Shown in pieces: positions 12,701 to 27,700 of a DNA stretch of 64,000 nt. Source of the stretch: Pristiophorus japonicus (Eukaryota); contig NC_091984.1 of NCBI RefSeq assembly GCF_044704955.1, positions 177,754,001 to 177,818,000 on the forward strand, given 5' to 3'. Each line of letters begins with the position of its first letter. Positions within the stretch are counted from its first letter, which is position 1. The notes under the pieces were generated by a model. That model ran no database searches. It worked only from the letters and a program-made list of their open reading frames with translations, and had not been told where the DNA came from. The translations under genes were made by a program, and so were the position numbers.

Positions 12701-15700
12701 GATATGAGAAAGTAAAAAGTGCGTGCTTGCACCATCTGAAGCTTCTAAGTTAGAAGAGGTTGCGGATGAGGGAGAGGTGGGTTGAGAGAAGAAGAATTAG
12801 GTATACAGAGACCATCAACATCGATCGTTTCAACCCCGTTGGTGGCCACTGCCTCAGGGATGCTCCTTGCCATGATGGGTAGCACTGTCTCCCCCTTTGG
12901 GGTTAAAAAATGCAGGCGCACTTCTTCTCCTCCAGTTCGTTGCTGGTGCCTCCTGTTATCTACCATCTACTCCTCTAATAAAGAGGGAATCGTGACAATG
13001 AGCATCATGAAATATGTTTGGGGATGTGGCTGTCATGGTTGAATAGTTGCCAGCGTGTGCGACCTCTGAGTTGTGGGGATGAAGCTTGAAACAGTGCTAC
13101 ATGTCTGAGGGTAAGGAAACGCATAAGAATTGAAGGGTTGAGTAATAATTGACAGATTTTTCGTAGGTGGATGATGGATATGAAGTGAATTGAACACTGG
13201 ATGAGGCTTGTGTTGCAGTTGGTAGGATGTACCATTTGAAGATGAACTCACTGACCGTGACAACTCGGGCCAGAGTGTTAAACTTTTTCCTGCACTGCAT
13301 CAATGTTCTTGGAGCAACACCTCTGGCATTGATCTCCGCTGTTACTTCTTCCCACTGCCTCCTGAGCATCTGTCTGGAAGCTATCTTGTTTCATCCCGGG
13401 TAGAGGATGTCACTCCTTCTCGCCACCTGTGTAGTGCCCTAAAAGCTTGGGGCGTGATCTCTCGCATGTTCAGCTACTGCACAGAGTTTCAGAGCAGAGA
13501 TTCATTTTTGAAATGACTCCCAGCACTTGTTGTAGCCAAAATACACCTTCCTTTTAAGAGGAGCAGCTTGTCTTTAAGTAGTATGAGTCACTCTTGATAT
13601 TGTACCCCTGCTGATCTGTGCAACCAATGAAAGCATGGGTAGTGCTGGCTGCACACAGCAATCAATAGGCACGAGTTAAGTACCACGATCCCCATGCCCG
13701 TTTTCGGGTGGTTAGCCAATTTCTCCCGCAGTAATTCAAATAAATAGGTGAAATTGGACAAGGGCGGGATTCAAAACAGGTGGAATCACTTTTGGCGCTG
13801 CTAATGCAACACGCCCGATATTCAATTCTATTAAACTCAATGAAACTTAACACCCTGTAGGGTATAAAGGATGACCAATGTGATACCGGCCCCTTTGAAG
13901 CGCCACCCATGCCATTTTCAATATTGGACATGTTTTCAAATGCATTGTGGTTTTGTAATTAAAACCTTTTATTATCAATACAGCAACATAAAATATTTAA
14001 ATATCACTGTTGTCCATTGTTTTAGCTTAATAAATCCCGAATCATTTCAGCTCAAATGCCACAGCCTTAGACCTGGAAACTGAGCGACATTTGTATTGAG
14101 ATCAGGCTGAATTTAATACCCGAATAATTGGATTAACATCTCTGCTATCACAGGAGAGACGAATTTCAGACACGGTGTTAAAGTTGGCATCTGGTATCCC
14201 TTAGTACTCTTTCAGGCCCAGTTTTCTGACCAGGCAATTAAAAAAAGAAAGAAAGATTTGCATTTATGTAGCGCCTTTCCCGACCACTGGATGTCTCAAA
14301 GCACTTTACAGCCAATGCAGAATTTTTGGAGTGTAGTCACTGTTGTAATGTGGGAAACATGACAGGAATATTGCGCACAGCAAGCTCCCACAAACAGCAA
14401 GGTGATAATGACCAGATAATCTGTTTTCTTTATATTGATTAACTGCTGTTGTCTTACCGTATTTCTGCAAAGTCTGTCTGACAGTTGAAAGCGATTGTTC
14501 CAGCTTTTGAATTTTGTCAGATATCCTTGCAACTAAATGCAAAGAAACATTAATGCACAGTCACGTGTTCGATGAGGCATTCATATAATAACATGTGTAG
14601 TATTAATTGTTGATTTGAAAAGGCGTAAACTTTCACTGAGGACAATTGAACAATGAAAGCTATATTTCTATTTATGTTCTGCATATGTCCCAGCAAGCTA
14701 GTAACCAAGATTAGATTTAAAGTAAACGGTGTCATCACATTACACATGCCCATATAAATGGAAATGATCGTGAATGTAAAGTAGCTGGGGTAAAGGTGCC
14801 TCTTTTGGGATAATAATGTAACATTTCTATTAATCTTAACTAAGTCAGCATCAACATATTGAGCAAATTCCTTTCGAGTTATATCCAATATGGTCCTAAA
14901 AGCCTGCGACTATGGCGCCCTGCACACGGTATCACAGGAACAGAAAGCTTGGTATCACTGAGGCGAAATTGAGATCTGCACAAATCTCTGTGCTCAGACA
15001 GCAGTATGAAAGCAGTTTGAAACCGAGGATTCATACAGAAAAATTACTACTAAATAAGCAGCTATGTAGCCACGGTTAGGTCACTTTAAATGTTGACCAT
15101 TATGTGTCAATTTAAGTAAATACAAATTCCCATTATATTTACATGCAACTCCATTTCAACGATGTGATTTCATAGTCCCTTACATCCAACATATTTGAAG
15201 ATACAAAATTAATGAATTCCTTCCAAAATAGAGGAACAGTTTTCTCAGCTATAATGTTGCCTCGTTATTAAGTCAGCACAATTATTTTGCATCTTTATTC
15301 TTTAATTGTTGAAATAGTTATCCTTACTCAGTTAACACAGTCCATAAGCAAGTTAACGGTTGCCTTTTGTACCTAAAGCAGCTTACATGCCAATCATGTT
15401 TCTTACCATTTGGTTTTACATCTTTGAGCTCGGATAATAGCGAAGCTTTGAGAGCCTTTATGGAGTCAGCGTTCAGTTTTTGTGTGCTCACAATCTGGTA
15501 ATCTGGAAATAAAGAATATTTAACAAAAATGTTTCACCCCACTTCATTGCTTATATGCAAGCAGCAACATTGATATCCAGATGCTTGACCAGGACATTTT
15601 ACCTCTAAGCAGTGATACTTTTCTATTCTGCCTATGCTGGCTATGAGAAATTGTTGGGCGAAGTAAAGAGAATGAAACGAGGTAACTGTAAATTAGGAAA

Positions 15701-18700
15701 CAGCGGAATTCGGGTTCGTTCAATCGAGAAACATTGTAAGACATGCAACTACAATTCGCAGAAAATTTAATAAAAAATATTCTCTACTTTGTCTTACCGT
15801 GTTTCTGCAAAGTCTGTCCGAGAGTTGAAAGCGATTCTTCCAGCTTTTGAACTTTGTCAGATATCCTTGCGACTAAATACAAAGGAACATTGAGACACAG
15901 TCATGTGTTCGATGAAGAATACATATCAAGAACATGTGTAGTATTTAATTGTTCATTTGAAAAGACGTGAACTTTCGCTGAGGGCAATTGACACCTATAT
16001 TTCTATTTATTTTCTGCATAGGTCCCAGCAAGCTAGTCGCCAGAACAACATTTAAACTAAACCATGTCATTAAATTGCATATCAAGTTATAAGTGGAAAC
16101 GTTCATGAACAAAAAGTAGCTGGGGTAACTTTACTTCCTTTCAGATAATAATGTAACAATTCTATTGATCTTAAATAAGTCAGCATCAACATATTGAGCA
16201 AATGTAACGGTACATAATGCTCAAATTGATGTGAAGGAGGCGATGGACAGCAATCCAGAACAATGCATGTTAGTATTGATACAGTCTGTTCATCATAGTT
16301 GCTATTTTTCTGTGTCTCTATATTCTCTATATGGAACTTTCCTTCAGTAGGTAGTATTAACATTAATCATCATCATAGGCAGTCCTTCTGAATTGAGGAA
16401 GACTTGCTTCCATTCCTAAAGTGAGTCCTTTGGTGGCTGAATAGTCCAATGCGAGAGCCACAGACCCTGTCACAGATGGGACAGACATTCATCAGTGGAA
16501 GTGGGGAGGGGTGGGACTGATATGCCGCAGGCTCCTTCCGCTGCCTGAGACTGACCTCTTCATGCTCGCGCCATTGAGATTCAAAGAGCTCAATGCCCTC
16601 GCGGATGCACTTTCTCCACCTAGGGAGGTATTCAGCCAAGGACTCCCAGGTGTCAGTGGTGATGTCGCACTTTACCAGGGAGGCTTTGAGGGTGGCCTTG
16701 TAGCATTTCCGCTGCCCACCTTTGGCTCGTTTGCCATGAAGGAGCTCTGCATAGAGCAATTGCTTAGGGGGCATCGTGTCTGGCATGCGAACTATGTGGC
16801 CTGCCCAGTGAAGCTGATCGAGTGTGATCAGTGCTTCAATGTTGGGGATGTTAGCCTGGGCAAGGACACTGATGTTGGTGTGCCTGTCCTCCCAGGGGAT
16901 TTGCAGGATCTTGCGGAGACATCGTTGGTGATATATCCCCAGTGACTTGAGGTGTCTTCTGTACATCGTCCATGCCTCTGATCCATACAGGAGGGTGGGT
17001 ATTACTACAGCCTGTAGACCATGAGCATGGTGGTAGATTTAAGGGTCTGGTCTTCGAACACACTTTTCCTCAGGCAGGCAAAGGCTGCACTGGTGCACTG
17101 GAGGCGATGTTGAATCCCCGCATCAATGTCTGCCTTTGTTGATAAAAGGCTCCCGAGGTATGGGAAGTGGTCCACGTTGTCGAGGGCCATGCCGTGAATC
17201 TTGATGACTGGGGGGTAGTGCTGTGTGGCGACAACAGGCTAGTGGAGGATGTTAAGCGTAAGACCTATGCTTTCATATGCCTTGGTGAATACATCGACTA
17301 TATCGTGGAGTTCAGCCTCAGAATGTGTGCAGGCACAGGCGTTGTCCGCATACTGCAGCTCAACGACAGGGGTTGGGGTGATCTTGGACCTGGCCTGGAG
17401 GTGGCGTAGGTTAAACAGCTTCCCACTGGTTCTGTAGTTTAGTTCCACTGCAGTGGGGAGCTTGTTGACTGTGAGGTGGAGCATGGCAGCGAGGAAGATT
17501 GAGAAGAGGGTTGGAGCGATGACGCAGCCCTGTTTGACCAAGGTCCAGACATGGATTGGGTCTGTAATGGAACCGCTGTAAGGATCATGGCCTGCATGTC
17601 GTCGTGGAGCAGGCGAAGGATTTTGCCAAACTTTTGGGGGCATCCAAAATGGAGGAGGATGCTCCATAACCCTTCACAGTTGACAGTGTCAAAGGCCTTT
17701 GTAAGACCGAAAAAGGCCATGTATAAGAGCTGGTGCTGTTCCCTGCATTTTTCCTGCAGCTGTCGCGCTGCAAAGATGATGTCCATTGTGCTCCATAGGG
17801 AACGAAATCCACACTGTGATTCTTGAAGGAGCTCCTCGGCAACAGGGAGAAGACGGTTGAGGAGAACTCTAGCGACAACCTGCCCAGTAGTTGATAGCAG
17901 GGAGATTCCCCTGTAGTTGCCGCAGTCAGACTTGTTCCCCCTTTTACATAAGAACATAAGAACATAAGAATTAGGAACAGGAGTAGGCCATCTGGCCCCT
18001 CGAGCCTGCTCCGCCATTCAACAAGATCATGGCTGATCTGGCCGTGGACTCAGCTCCAGTTACCCGCCCGCTCCCCGTAACCCTTAATTCCCTTATTGGT
18101 TAAAAATCTATCTATCTGTGATTTGAATACATTCAATGAGCTAGCCTCAACTGCTACCTTGGGCAGAGAATTCCACAGATTCACAATCTTCTGGGAGACG
18201 AAATTCCCTCTCAACTCGGATTTAAATTGGCTCCCCCATATTTTGAGGCTGTGCCCCCTAGTTCTAGTCTCCCCGACCAGGGGAAACAACCTCTCTGCCT
18301 CTATCTTGTCTATCCCTTTCATTATCTTAAATGTTTCTACAAGGTCACCCCTCATCCTTCTGAACTCCAATGAGTAAAGACCCAGTCTACTCAATCTATC
18401 ATCAGAAGGTAACCCCCTCATCTCCGGAATCGTGGGCCTAGTGAATCGTCTCTGTACCCCCTCCAAAGCTAGTATATCCTTCCTTAAGTAAGATGACCAA
18501 AACTGCATGCAGTACTCCAGGTGCAGCCTCACCAATACCCTATACAGTTGCAGCACGACCTCCCTGCTTTTGTACTCCATCCCTCTCGCAATGAAGGCCA
18601 ACATTCCTGATTACCTGCTGCACCTACAAACTAACTTTTTGGGATTCATGCACAAGGACCCCCAGGTCCCTCTGCACCGCAGCATGTCGTAATTTCTACC

Positions 18701-21700
18701 CATTCAAATAATATTCCCTTTTACTGTTTTTTTCCCAAGGTGGATGACCTCACATTTTCCGACATTGATGGTCACGATCACTGCATCTCTGAGATCTCCC
18801 GGCATACTCTCCTCCCTCCAGATGAGAGAGGTAAGATTATGTATCCGCGCCAACAGCGCCTCTCCACCAAACATTAGTGCATCAGCAGGAATTCCATCCG
18901 CACCCGTAGCCTTGTTAGTCTTGAGCTGTTTTATGGCTTTGCCTACCTCATGCAGCATTGGGGTTTCACTGAGGTGGTGGCGGGTCGCATGCTGTGGGAT
19001 GGAGCTGAGAATACTCGAGTGAAATGCAGAGTCTCGATTGAGGAGATGTTCAAAATTCTCCTTCCAGCGGGCCCTGACAGCCTCGGTGTCCTTGATGAGT
19101 GTTTCCCCGTTCTTGGCCAGAAGTGGGGTGGGGCCTTGGGAGTTTGGACTATAGGTGGCCTTGACTGCAATGTCGAATTCTCGCACATCATGGCTATCGG
19201 CCAGTTGTTGCATCTCCTGTGTTTCTCAATCCACCACCTGTTCTTTAGGTCCAGGGTTTTTTATTGAACCTCAGCCTTGAGCCGTCTGTAACGTTGCTTT
19301 GCAGCTCAGATTTGGGATGTTGCTTGAGGCTCAGAAATGCTTTGCACTTACGATCTATTAGTTCTTGGATCTCCTGATCATTTTCATCAAACCAGTCCTG
19401 GTGTTTTCTGTTTGAATAACCAAGTGTCTCTTCACAAGCACTGGTTATGGAGACCAGGAGGGCAGAACAAGCACTGTGGCTACTCAGCATCTCAGGGACA
19501 TCAATGTACCCCAGATTAGCTGTGAGGCACTGGCTGTATAGGACTCTCTTAACTGAGTCTTTAAGTGCCCCGGCATTAACTTTTTTGCGGCACTGCTTCT
19601 GCTGTCCCCTCTGCTTTGGGGCTATGTTTATATTTATGATGGATCGGATTACGCGATGGTCCATCCAGCAGTCATCAACTCCTGCCATGGCGCAGGTGAT
19701 GTGCACATTCTTGCGATCCCCGGCTTGGAAGATGATGTAGTCGAGCAGGTGCAAATGTTTGGAGCGAGGTTGTTGCCATGATGTCTTGTATTTGTGCCTC
19801 TGGCGGTACAGGGTGTTGGTGATGTGGAGTTCTTATTCTAGACATTTTGTCAGGAGTAGGGTACCGCTGAAGTTGGCTTTCCCTACCGCCTCTCTCCCAA
19901 TCATGCCTCCCCAGAGGGCTGTGTATTTGCTGACCCTGGCATTAAAGTCACCTAGGAGAATCAATTTGTCGCCTGTGGGAACGCAGGACAGGGATGTCTC
20001 GAGTTTGAAATAAAAACCCTCTTTAGCCTCATCCATTGCATCGAGTGTTGGGGCATACGCACTGATGACTGTGGCGCATTGGTTCTGGGATAGGGTAAGG
20101 CAAAGAGTCATGAGGCATTCATTAACCCCACAGGGGGAGTCTTTGAAGTAGTCGACCAGTTAATTTTTGACGGTGAAGCCGACTCCTTGAAGGCAGTGTT
20201 CTTCCTCTGGTTTTCCTTTCCAGAAAAAGGTGTAACCTCCACCATGTTCGTTGAACTGGCCTTCCCCTGCTCGCCAGAGCGGCGATTTCAATGTCAAAAT
20301 GTCTAAGTTCCCGGGCAACTATGGTAGTGTGGCGTTCTGGTCTGTTGTGGTTGAAGTTGTCCATGAGGATCCTGATGTTCCATGTCCCTAACTTAATATT
20401 CGTGAAGTGGAAGATGCTTGTGCATGAGTTCTTTTAATGTGGGGTGGCCGCTGCACACCGGCAACCATACGGGCTTAGCTGAGCAAAGTCTTAGTCCAGT
20501 GGCGAGCGGGTTCAAGATGACTGGAGACCAGGCACTGCTGTGTAAGCCTAATTGCCTACGGCAAGATTTTGGCCGCAAGCTCGGCGCTGAGTAGCGCCAT
20601 TGATGGTAGATGGCCCGAAGCTTGGTTGGGGGGCAGGCATTGGGAAGGTCAGCTGCCCGCTGGGGTTCCAAGGGATGTTTTGGGAAGTTTCTTCCAAGGT
20701 TAAAACATTTCCCGAGAAGGATGGGCCCCCGGACAGGCCCACTTGTATCCCAGGCTGAAGGGACCCCGCACCGGCCCGCTTCTATCCCAGGCCGAAAGGA
20801 CTCCTGCAGCGGCCAGTTTCTATTCTAGGCCGAAAGAAACCCTGCACTGGCCTGCTTCTATCCCAGGCCGAAAGGACCCCGAGGCCCGCTGGCTATTCTG
20901 GGGCCCACCGGCTCTTTCAAGGCCTGCCGGGTCTCGCCGACTCTTCTGGGGCCCACCAATACTTCGGGGCCCGCTGGCTCTTCGAGGTCAGCTGGCTCTT
21001 CAGGCCCCAGGACCTGCGACTCTTCCAAGGCCCGCCAGCTCTTCGGGGCCCACCAGCTCTTCTGGGCCCGCCGACTCTTTGAGTCCAATCAGCCACAAGG
21101 AAGATTCTGGAGTGAAGTTTTCCGGCAGTACTGTGAAACATTGTGCCCGGGGCCGGCGGTGAACCGGCCGAAGGGAATTCAGGGCCGGCATCGAACAGGA
21201 CGAAGGGACTCTGAGGCCGGCGATGAACAGGCCTCAGGAACTCAATTTTTAAATTTGTAATCAACTTTTAAACTTCTTAAACAATTCGGAAAAACTTTAA
21301 CATTTTTAATTAACTTGGAAAACTTTTTTTCTATAACTTATAATCAACTCTTAATCTATTTATTAAACCTTCAATCAACCTGTGTAACTTTTCTTTAAAA
21401 AATAAATTGGAATACTTTTAAACTCTTAAACTTTTAACATTAGTACGGGTTTAGTGGAAATACTTGTGTCCAATCTTCTCTGCTATAGTACTGTCAAATT
21501 CCTTTGGAGTTACATCCAATATGAACCAACATTTCGGCGACCATGCCTCCCTACACACGATATCACAGGGTGTGCGAGTGTTTGTTCTTTAAATTTTTTT
21601 TTGAGCGATTTGTGATTGGAAATATTTTTTTGTTTTTTTTAAAGCTTTATCCCCACCCGCCAGGCCTCTCTCTGAGCGCACATGACCCGGCAGGTTAGTT

Positions 21701-24700
21701 CACGAGTTTCCCTACCTTGCACCACGATAAGTGTACAATGCCTCTCTTTCTACTGCACTCCCTGATGCAGGGCCCAAATGCTGAAACTTCCTTACCAAAG
21801 CTCAAACTATTACTGGCCAATAACTTTTCCGCCCCGCCTCCATTTTTTGTCGTGATGGAGTACTGCATCGGAGCAGGCCGGGGATTGGAAAGAGCAGCAT
21901 GGCGGCCTGGCCCAGCAGTCTGCATGGCACCCGGCTTGTGTGCACCATCGGAGCAGGCTGGGGAGCGGAAGGAACAGCGTGATGGCATTCCACTCCAGGG
22001 ATCAGCATGTGCTAGTGCAGGAGATGACGACAGCGACAAGGGCGACTGGATTGGACATCACCAAGATCCAGGTCAGTGATTGGAGCGTGGGCAGGTACAG
22101 CAGGAGCGGCGAGTTCGAGGCGAAGGAGTGGCGAGAGATTATAGAGGGATGTGATCGGGGCCCTGTAGAGGAATCAGTTCGGGACGTAAAAAAGGCAAGG
22201 GCCCAGGGGCTGCACAGGCCAGCCCACACTGTGATATATGTGCGCACTAGGTATGTGCAGCAGAGCTGGTCTCCAGGCATCTTGGTTAATTCTTGCCACT
22301 TGAACAAAACCTAGCTCTGTCAAGCCCGCGTGATGGTTTGTGTGCAATGGCCAACACATGTTAAAAAAATTCACGCACAGGCATCTTCCACCCTTCAACA
22401 TGTAGTTTGAGGCCTCGAATCTTAGGTCCTTCATTGAAACCGCTGTGAACGTTTTGGCGTGGAAGCAAGTCATCCTCGATTCGAGGGACTGCCTATGATG
22501 ATGATCACAAGAACAGAAAGCTTGGTGTCACTGAGGCGAAATGGAGTTTACAGAAATCTCTGTTCTCAGACAGCAGTATGAAAGCAGTTTGAAACCGAGG
22601 TTGCATTCAGAAAAATGACTACTCAATAATTAGGCATGTAACCACGATTAGGTCACTTTAAATGTTGAATATTATGCGTGAATTTAAGTAAATACAAATT
22701 CCCGTTATATTTACGTGCAGCTCCATCGCAACGATGTGTTTTTATAGTCCCTTATACCCAACGTATTTGAAGATACAAAATTAATTCCTTCCAAAATAGA
22801 GCAACAGTTTTCTCAGCTGTAATGCTTCCTCATTATTACGTCAGCACAATTATTTTGCACCTTTATGCTTTAATTGTTGAAATAGTTATCTTTACCCGGT
22901 TAACACAGTTCATAAGCAAGCTACATGTCGCATCTTGTACCAAAAGAAGCTTATTTCCAATCATATTTCTTACCATTTAGTTTCACATCTTGGAGTTCAG
23001 ATAAAAGCGAAGCTTTGAGAGCATTTAGCGAGTCAGCGTTCAGTTTTTGTGTGCTTGCAATCTCGGAATCTGGAAATAAAGAATATTTCACGAAAATGTT
23101 TCACAGCACTTTAATTGTTGACATGAAAGCAGCAACATTGGCATCCAGATGCTTGGCCAAGACATTTTACTTCTAAGCACCGTTACTTTTCCATTCTGCC
23201 TGTGCTGGCCATGAAGGAATTGCTGGGTGAAGTTAAGAGAATGAAACGAGGTAACAGGAAGATGGGAAAAAACGGAATTCTGATTAATTTAATCGAGAAA
23301 CATTCATTGCAAGAGATGCAACTTCAATCGGCAGAAAGTTTGATAAAAATAATTTCTGCTTTGTCTTACCGTGTTTCTGCAAAGTCTGTCCGAGAGTTGA
23401 AAGCGATTCTTCCAGCTTCTGAATTTTGTCAGAAATCCTTGCGACTAAATACAAAGAAACATTAATACGCAATCACGTGTTCGATGAGGCATACATATTA
23501 AAAACATGCGTAGCATTAATTGTTCATTTGAAAAGACGTAAACTTTCGCCGAGGACAATTATCACCTATCTTTCTATTTATTTTCTGCATAGTTCCCACC
23601 AAGCTAGTCGCCAAGGTAACACTTAAAATAAATGGTTTGATCAAATTACACATAACGGTATAAGTGGATACGGTCATGAACGAAAAGTAGGTGGGGTAAC
23701 GTTAGCTCTTTTTGGAAAGTAATGTTACATTTCCATTGATCATAAATTAGTCAGCATCAACATATTGATCAAATGTAACGGTACATAATGCTCAAATTGA
23801 TGTGAAGGAGGCGATGGACAGCAATCCAGAAAAATGCATGTTATTATTGATACTGTCTGTTCAGCATAGTTGCAATTTTTCTGTTGCCTGCCCGTAGCAT
23901 CTGATCAATGCCAACGGAAGATGATTACCATAAAGTTTCCTTCAGTTTTTATTCTTTGAATGCAGCGCCATAATTGTGCCAGTGACCTTGAAGTTCACAT
24001 GTGCCGGTAAAAAGGTTGTGTGCACTTCATGAACTCTTGTTGAATAATTTGCTAGTTGCTTTGTTATTGTTCACAGTTTGCTTCTGGAAAGAGAACTGTA
24101 CTATATTATCGCAAATATTATACAGAAATGTATGTATTATTTATAGATTCTCTAATAGGAAGTTTCCTCAGTTTGTAACATTAAAATTGGTGCTTGAAGC
24201 GGATTTATTGGACATACTTGTGTGCAATCTTCTCTGCTATAGTATCGAGTTGCATCCATTATCAACCAGAAAGACTGCGACCAAGCCTCCCTACACACGC
24301 CATCAAAAGAACAGACATTTTGTGACACTGATGCGAAATGGAGATCTGCACAACTCTGAATGAAAGATATTTTATACCGAGGATTTACTCAGAAAAAGAC
24401 TACTACATAATTAGCCAGAGCCACGATTAGCTCACTTCAAATGGTGACCTCTTTGTGTCAATTTAAATAAATATATGTTCCTATTAACATTTTCATATAG
24501 CTCCATTTCAACGATGTGATTTTATAGTCCCCTATATCCAACGTATTTGAAGATACAAAATTGAGGAATTCCTTCCAAAATAAAGCAAGTTTTCTCAGCT
24601 ATAATGTTTCCTCATTATGATCTGAGCATAATTATTTTGCATCATTGTCCTTTAATTATTGAAGCAGTTATCGTTGCCCAGTTAAAACATCCCATAAGTA

Positions 24701-27700
24701 AACTAAAGGTGGCCTCTTTACCTAAAGCAGTTTACTTACCAATCATGTTTCTTACCATTTGGTCTCACATGTTGGAGATCGGATAAAAGCGAAGCTTTGA
24801 GAGCCTTTAGGGAGTCAGCATTCAGTTTTTGTGTGCTCACAATCTGGGAATCTGGAAATAAAGAATATTTCACGAAGATATTTCACAACACTTTCATTGC
24901 TTTCATGAAAGCAGCAACACTGGCATCCAGACGCTTGATCAAGATATGGTACTTCTAAGTACCATTACTCTTCTATTTTGCCTTGCTGGCCACGAAGGAA
25001 TTTTTGGACCGAGTAAAGAGATTTCAACGAGGCAACATTATGTTATGAAAGAGCCCAGTTCTGGTGAGTTTAATCGAGAAACATTGCAAGAGATGCAACT
25101 ACAATCCGCAGAAGGTTTCATAAAAATATTCTGAACGTCGGTTGGAATGTATCTGTTTTAATGAAGTATGGCGGAAAATAAGAATCGCTGACAAAGCGTT
25201 TTTAGTAATGTAACTTGTAGATAGAAGCGTGTTATATGACGGCTTCATAAATATAGTTCCAATACTATTACATTGTTTTCTTCGCCCATTCTTTAAGTAT
25301 GATGAGGCACCGGACTATTCAACCACAGGTGCAGTGGCAGCATGGAAGCCCCAATACTCAATCAATACAAACAATTGGAAAACACACCTGCAGCTCTAAG
25401 CAACATTTCGTCTCTCTAATTAGGCGGAAATATTACTCTTGGTGTAACCTTCAGACGAACAAATGAACTCAATACTTCAGCGATAGTGGCAAGGTGCTCC
25501 TCTCCTGCCAATGTCCGGCACAACGGGTGGATTTTGAACTTGCCACCCGACAATAGCATTGGCGTCGGGAGGGCTGCCCAGTGCAGAAAACAACTCATTG
25601 TCATTTGCATCGATTCTAACATCATCTACCCCATGAAGTTTGAGCACAAATCCAAGGCCCGACTTTTGGTCAGAGTAACGAATTGTTTATAAAACGACAC
25701 AGTTATGGACCCTGTGTGTGTGTCCAGAATTGTAAATAGATACATATTTTTCAGCTTAGAGGAATGATAATATCAGTGGCCAGACGTTCTGGGTGAAGTG
25801 TGCAATAGAAATTCCTTATTAGGAAATCGGTTATTCTGTCTCACCTGTTTCCCTCAGAGTCTGAAATGTCCGTCTGATATCTGAGAGAGATTCTTGCATT
25901 GTTATAGCTGAAACAGACATGTTCTTAAAATAAATGCACAGTACACTTTTAGTGAGGCATAGAATCATATAACGATACAACAAAGAAGGAGGCCATTCAG
26001 CCCATCGTACCTGCACCAGCTCTTTGGCAGAGTTACCTAATTTAAACAGTCACTCCCTCCACCATCGGTGCAACGTGTCTGCAGTGCGTACCATCTACAA
26101 GATGCACTGGATCAACTCACCAATGCTCCTTCGGCAGCACCTCCAAAACGCACGACCTCTACCACCTGGAAGGACAAGGGCAGCAGGGGCATGGAAACAC
26201 CATCACCTGCAAGTTCCCCTCTAAGTTACATACCAGCTTGATTTGGAAATATGTCGCCAATCCTTCATCCTCGCTGGGCCAAAATCCTGGAACTCCCTCT
26301 CTATAAGCACTGTGGGAATAACTACACCACACGGACTGCAGTGGTTGAAGAAGGCGGCTCACCACCATCTTCTCAAGGGTAGTTAGGGATGGTCAATAAC
26401 TGCTGGCCATTCAGCAACGCCCACATCCCGGGAATGTATAATGCATATTCCCAGTCTCCTGCTCTTTTCCCATAGCTCTGTATTTTTCCCTTCAATTATT
26501 TATCCAAATGTTACTGTCACATCTGCTTCCACCACCCTGTCAGACAGTGCATTCTGATTTCAACAGCGTGCTGTGTAAAACAATGTTTCCTCATGTCATC
26601 TGTTGTTCATTTCCAATCACTTTAAATCTGGGGCTCCTCGTTACTGACCCTTCTACCTTTAGAAACAGTTTCTCCTTATTTACTCTATCAAAACCCTTCC
26701 TGATTCTGAACATCTCTCTCAAACCTCCTCTTACCTTTCTCTGCTCCAAGGAGAACAATCCCAGCTTCTCCAGTTTCTCTACATAACTGAAGTCCCTCAT
26801 CCCTGGTACCATTCCAGTAAATCTCTTCTGCATTCTCTCCTGTGCCTTCACGTCCTTTCTAAAAGTGTGGTGTCCAGAACTGAACAAAATACTTTAGCTC
26901 AGGCCCATGTTTTATGAAAGTTTAGCCTTGTTTTTGCATTCTATTCTTCCATTACAAAGCCAATGGTACCATGCGTTTTTTAACAGCCTTCTTAACTTTT
27001 CCTGCCACTTTCAATGATTTGTGTGCATCCATCCCAAGAGCTCTTTGTTCCCATACCTCCTTTAAAATTGTACAAATTTGTTCATATTACCTCTTTTCAT
27101 TCGTCCAGCAAAAACTATCACTTCACACTTTTCTGTGTAAAATTTCAATTGACATTTGTCTGGCCATTACACAAGTTTGTCTATGTTCACCGAGTTACTG
27201 TTACTCTGCGCTCCATTGTTTACAACATTTTAGAGTTTCGTATCATCTGCAAACTTGGAAATTCCATTCTGTATACCCAAGTCCAGCTCATCCAGCGCTA
27301 TATATCAAATAGAGTAGTGGTCAGAATCCAGTCTCATGGTGAATACCACTGTTTACATCCCTCTGATCTGAAAATCAACTGTTCACCACTACTCTCTGAT
27401 TTATACACATTAGCCAGTTTCGTATCCACATTGCCACTGGTCATTTAATCCAATGGACTCGGATTTTAATAGGAACTCTATCATGAGGTACTTTGTCAAA
27501 CACCTTTTGAAAGTCCATATACACAACATCATTAGCACTACTTCAGCAACCCGCTCCATCAAAGAACTGAAATAGTTTAATCAAACAAGACCTGCCTTTA
27601 ACAAATACGTGCTATATTTCATTTGTTCGTGTATACTTTTCCAAATGCCAATTCAGTTTGCCCCGGAATATTGTCTCTAAAAATGTACCCACCCTTACGT

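Larger units (their letters stand above)
9267..13729 (+). mobile_element. Decayed two-gene PIF/Harbinger DNA transposon
   Basis: Imperfect TIRs (gcggagaaattt / aatttctcccgc); transposase on + and Myb/SANT gene on - in convergent orientation. Confidence 0.85.
16366..21433 (-). mobile_element. Full-length decayed RTE-clade LINE with 9-bp TSD
   Basis: APE (KLGTWNIRIL..ARELRHF, ISAYAPT, LLGDFNARV), RT (NYRGISLL, KQGCVIAPTLF, LQYADN), C-terminal C2H2 (CPIC..HQRTH), (GAT)n tail; TSD ttaacatta at 16357-16365 and 21434-21442; empty paralog near 37820. Confidence 0.92.

Noticed and set aside
20610-21264. Pro/Gly/Ala-rich ORFs on both strands
   Set aside because: By-products of GC-rich tandem repeats in the RTE leader.
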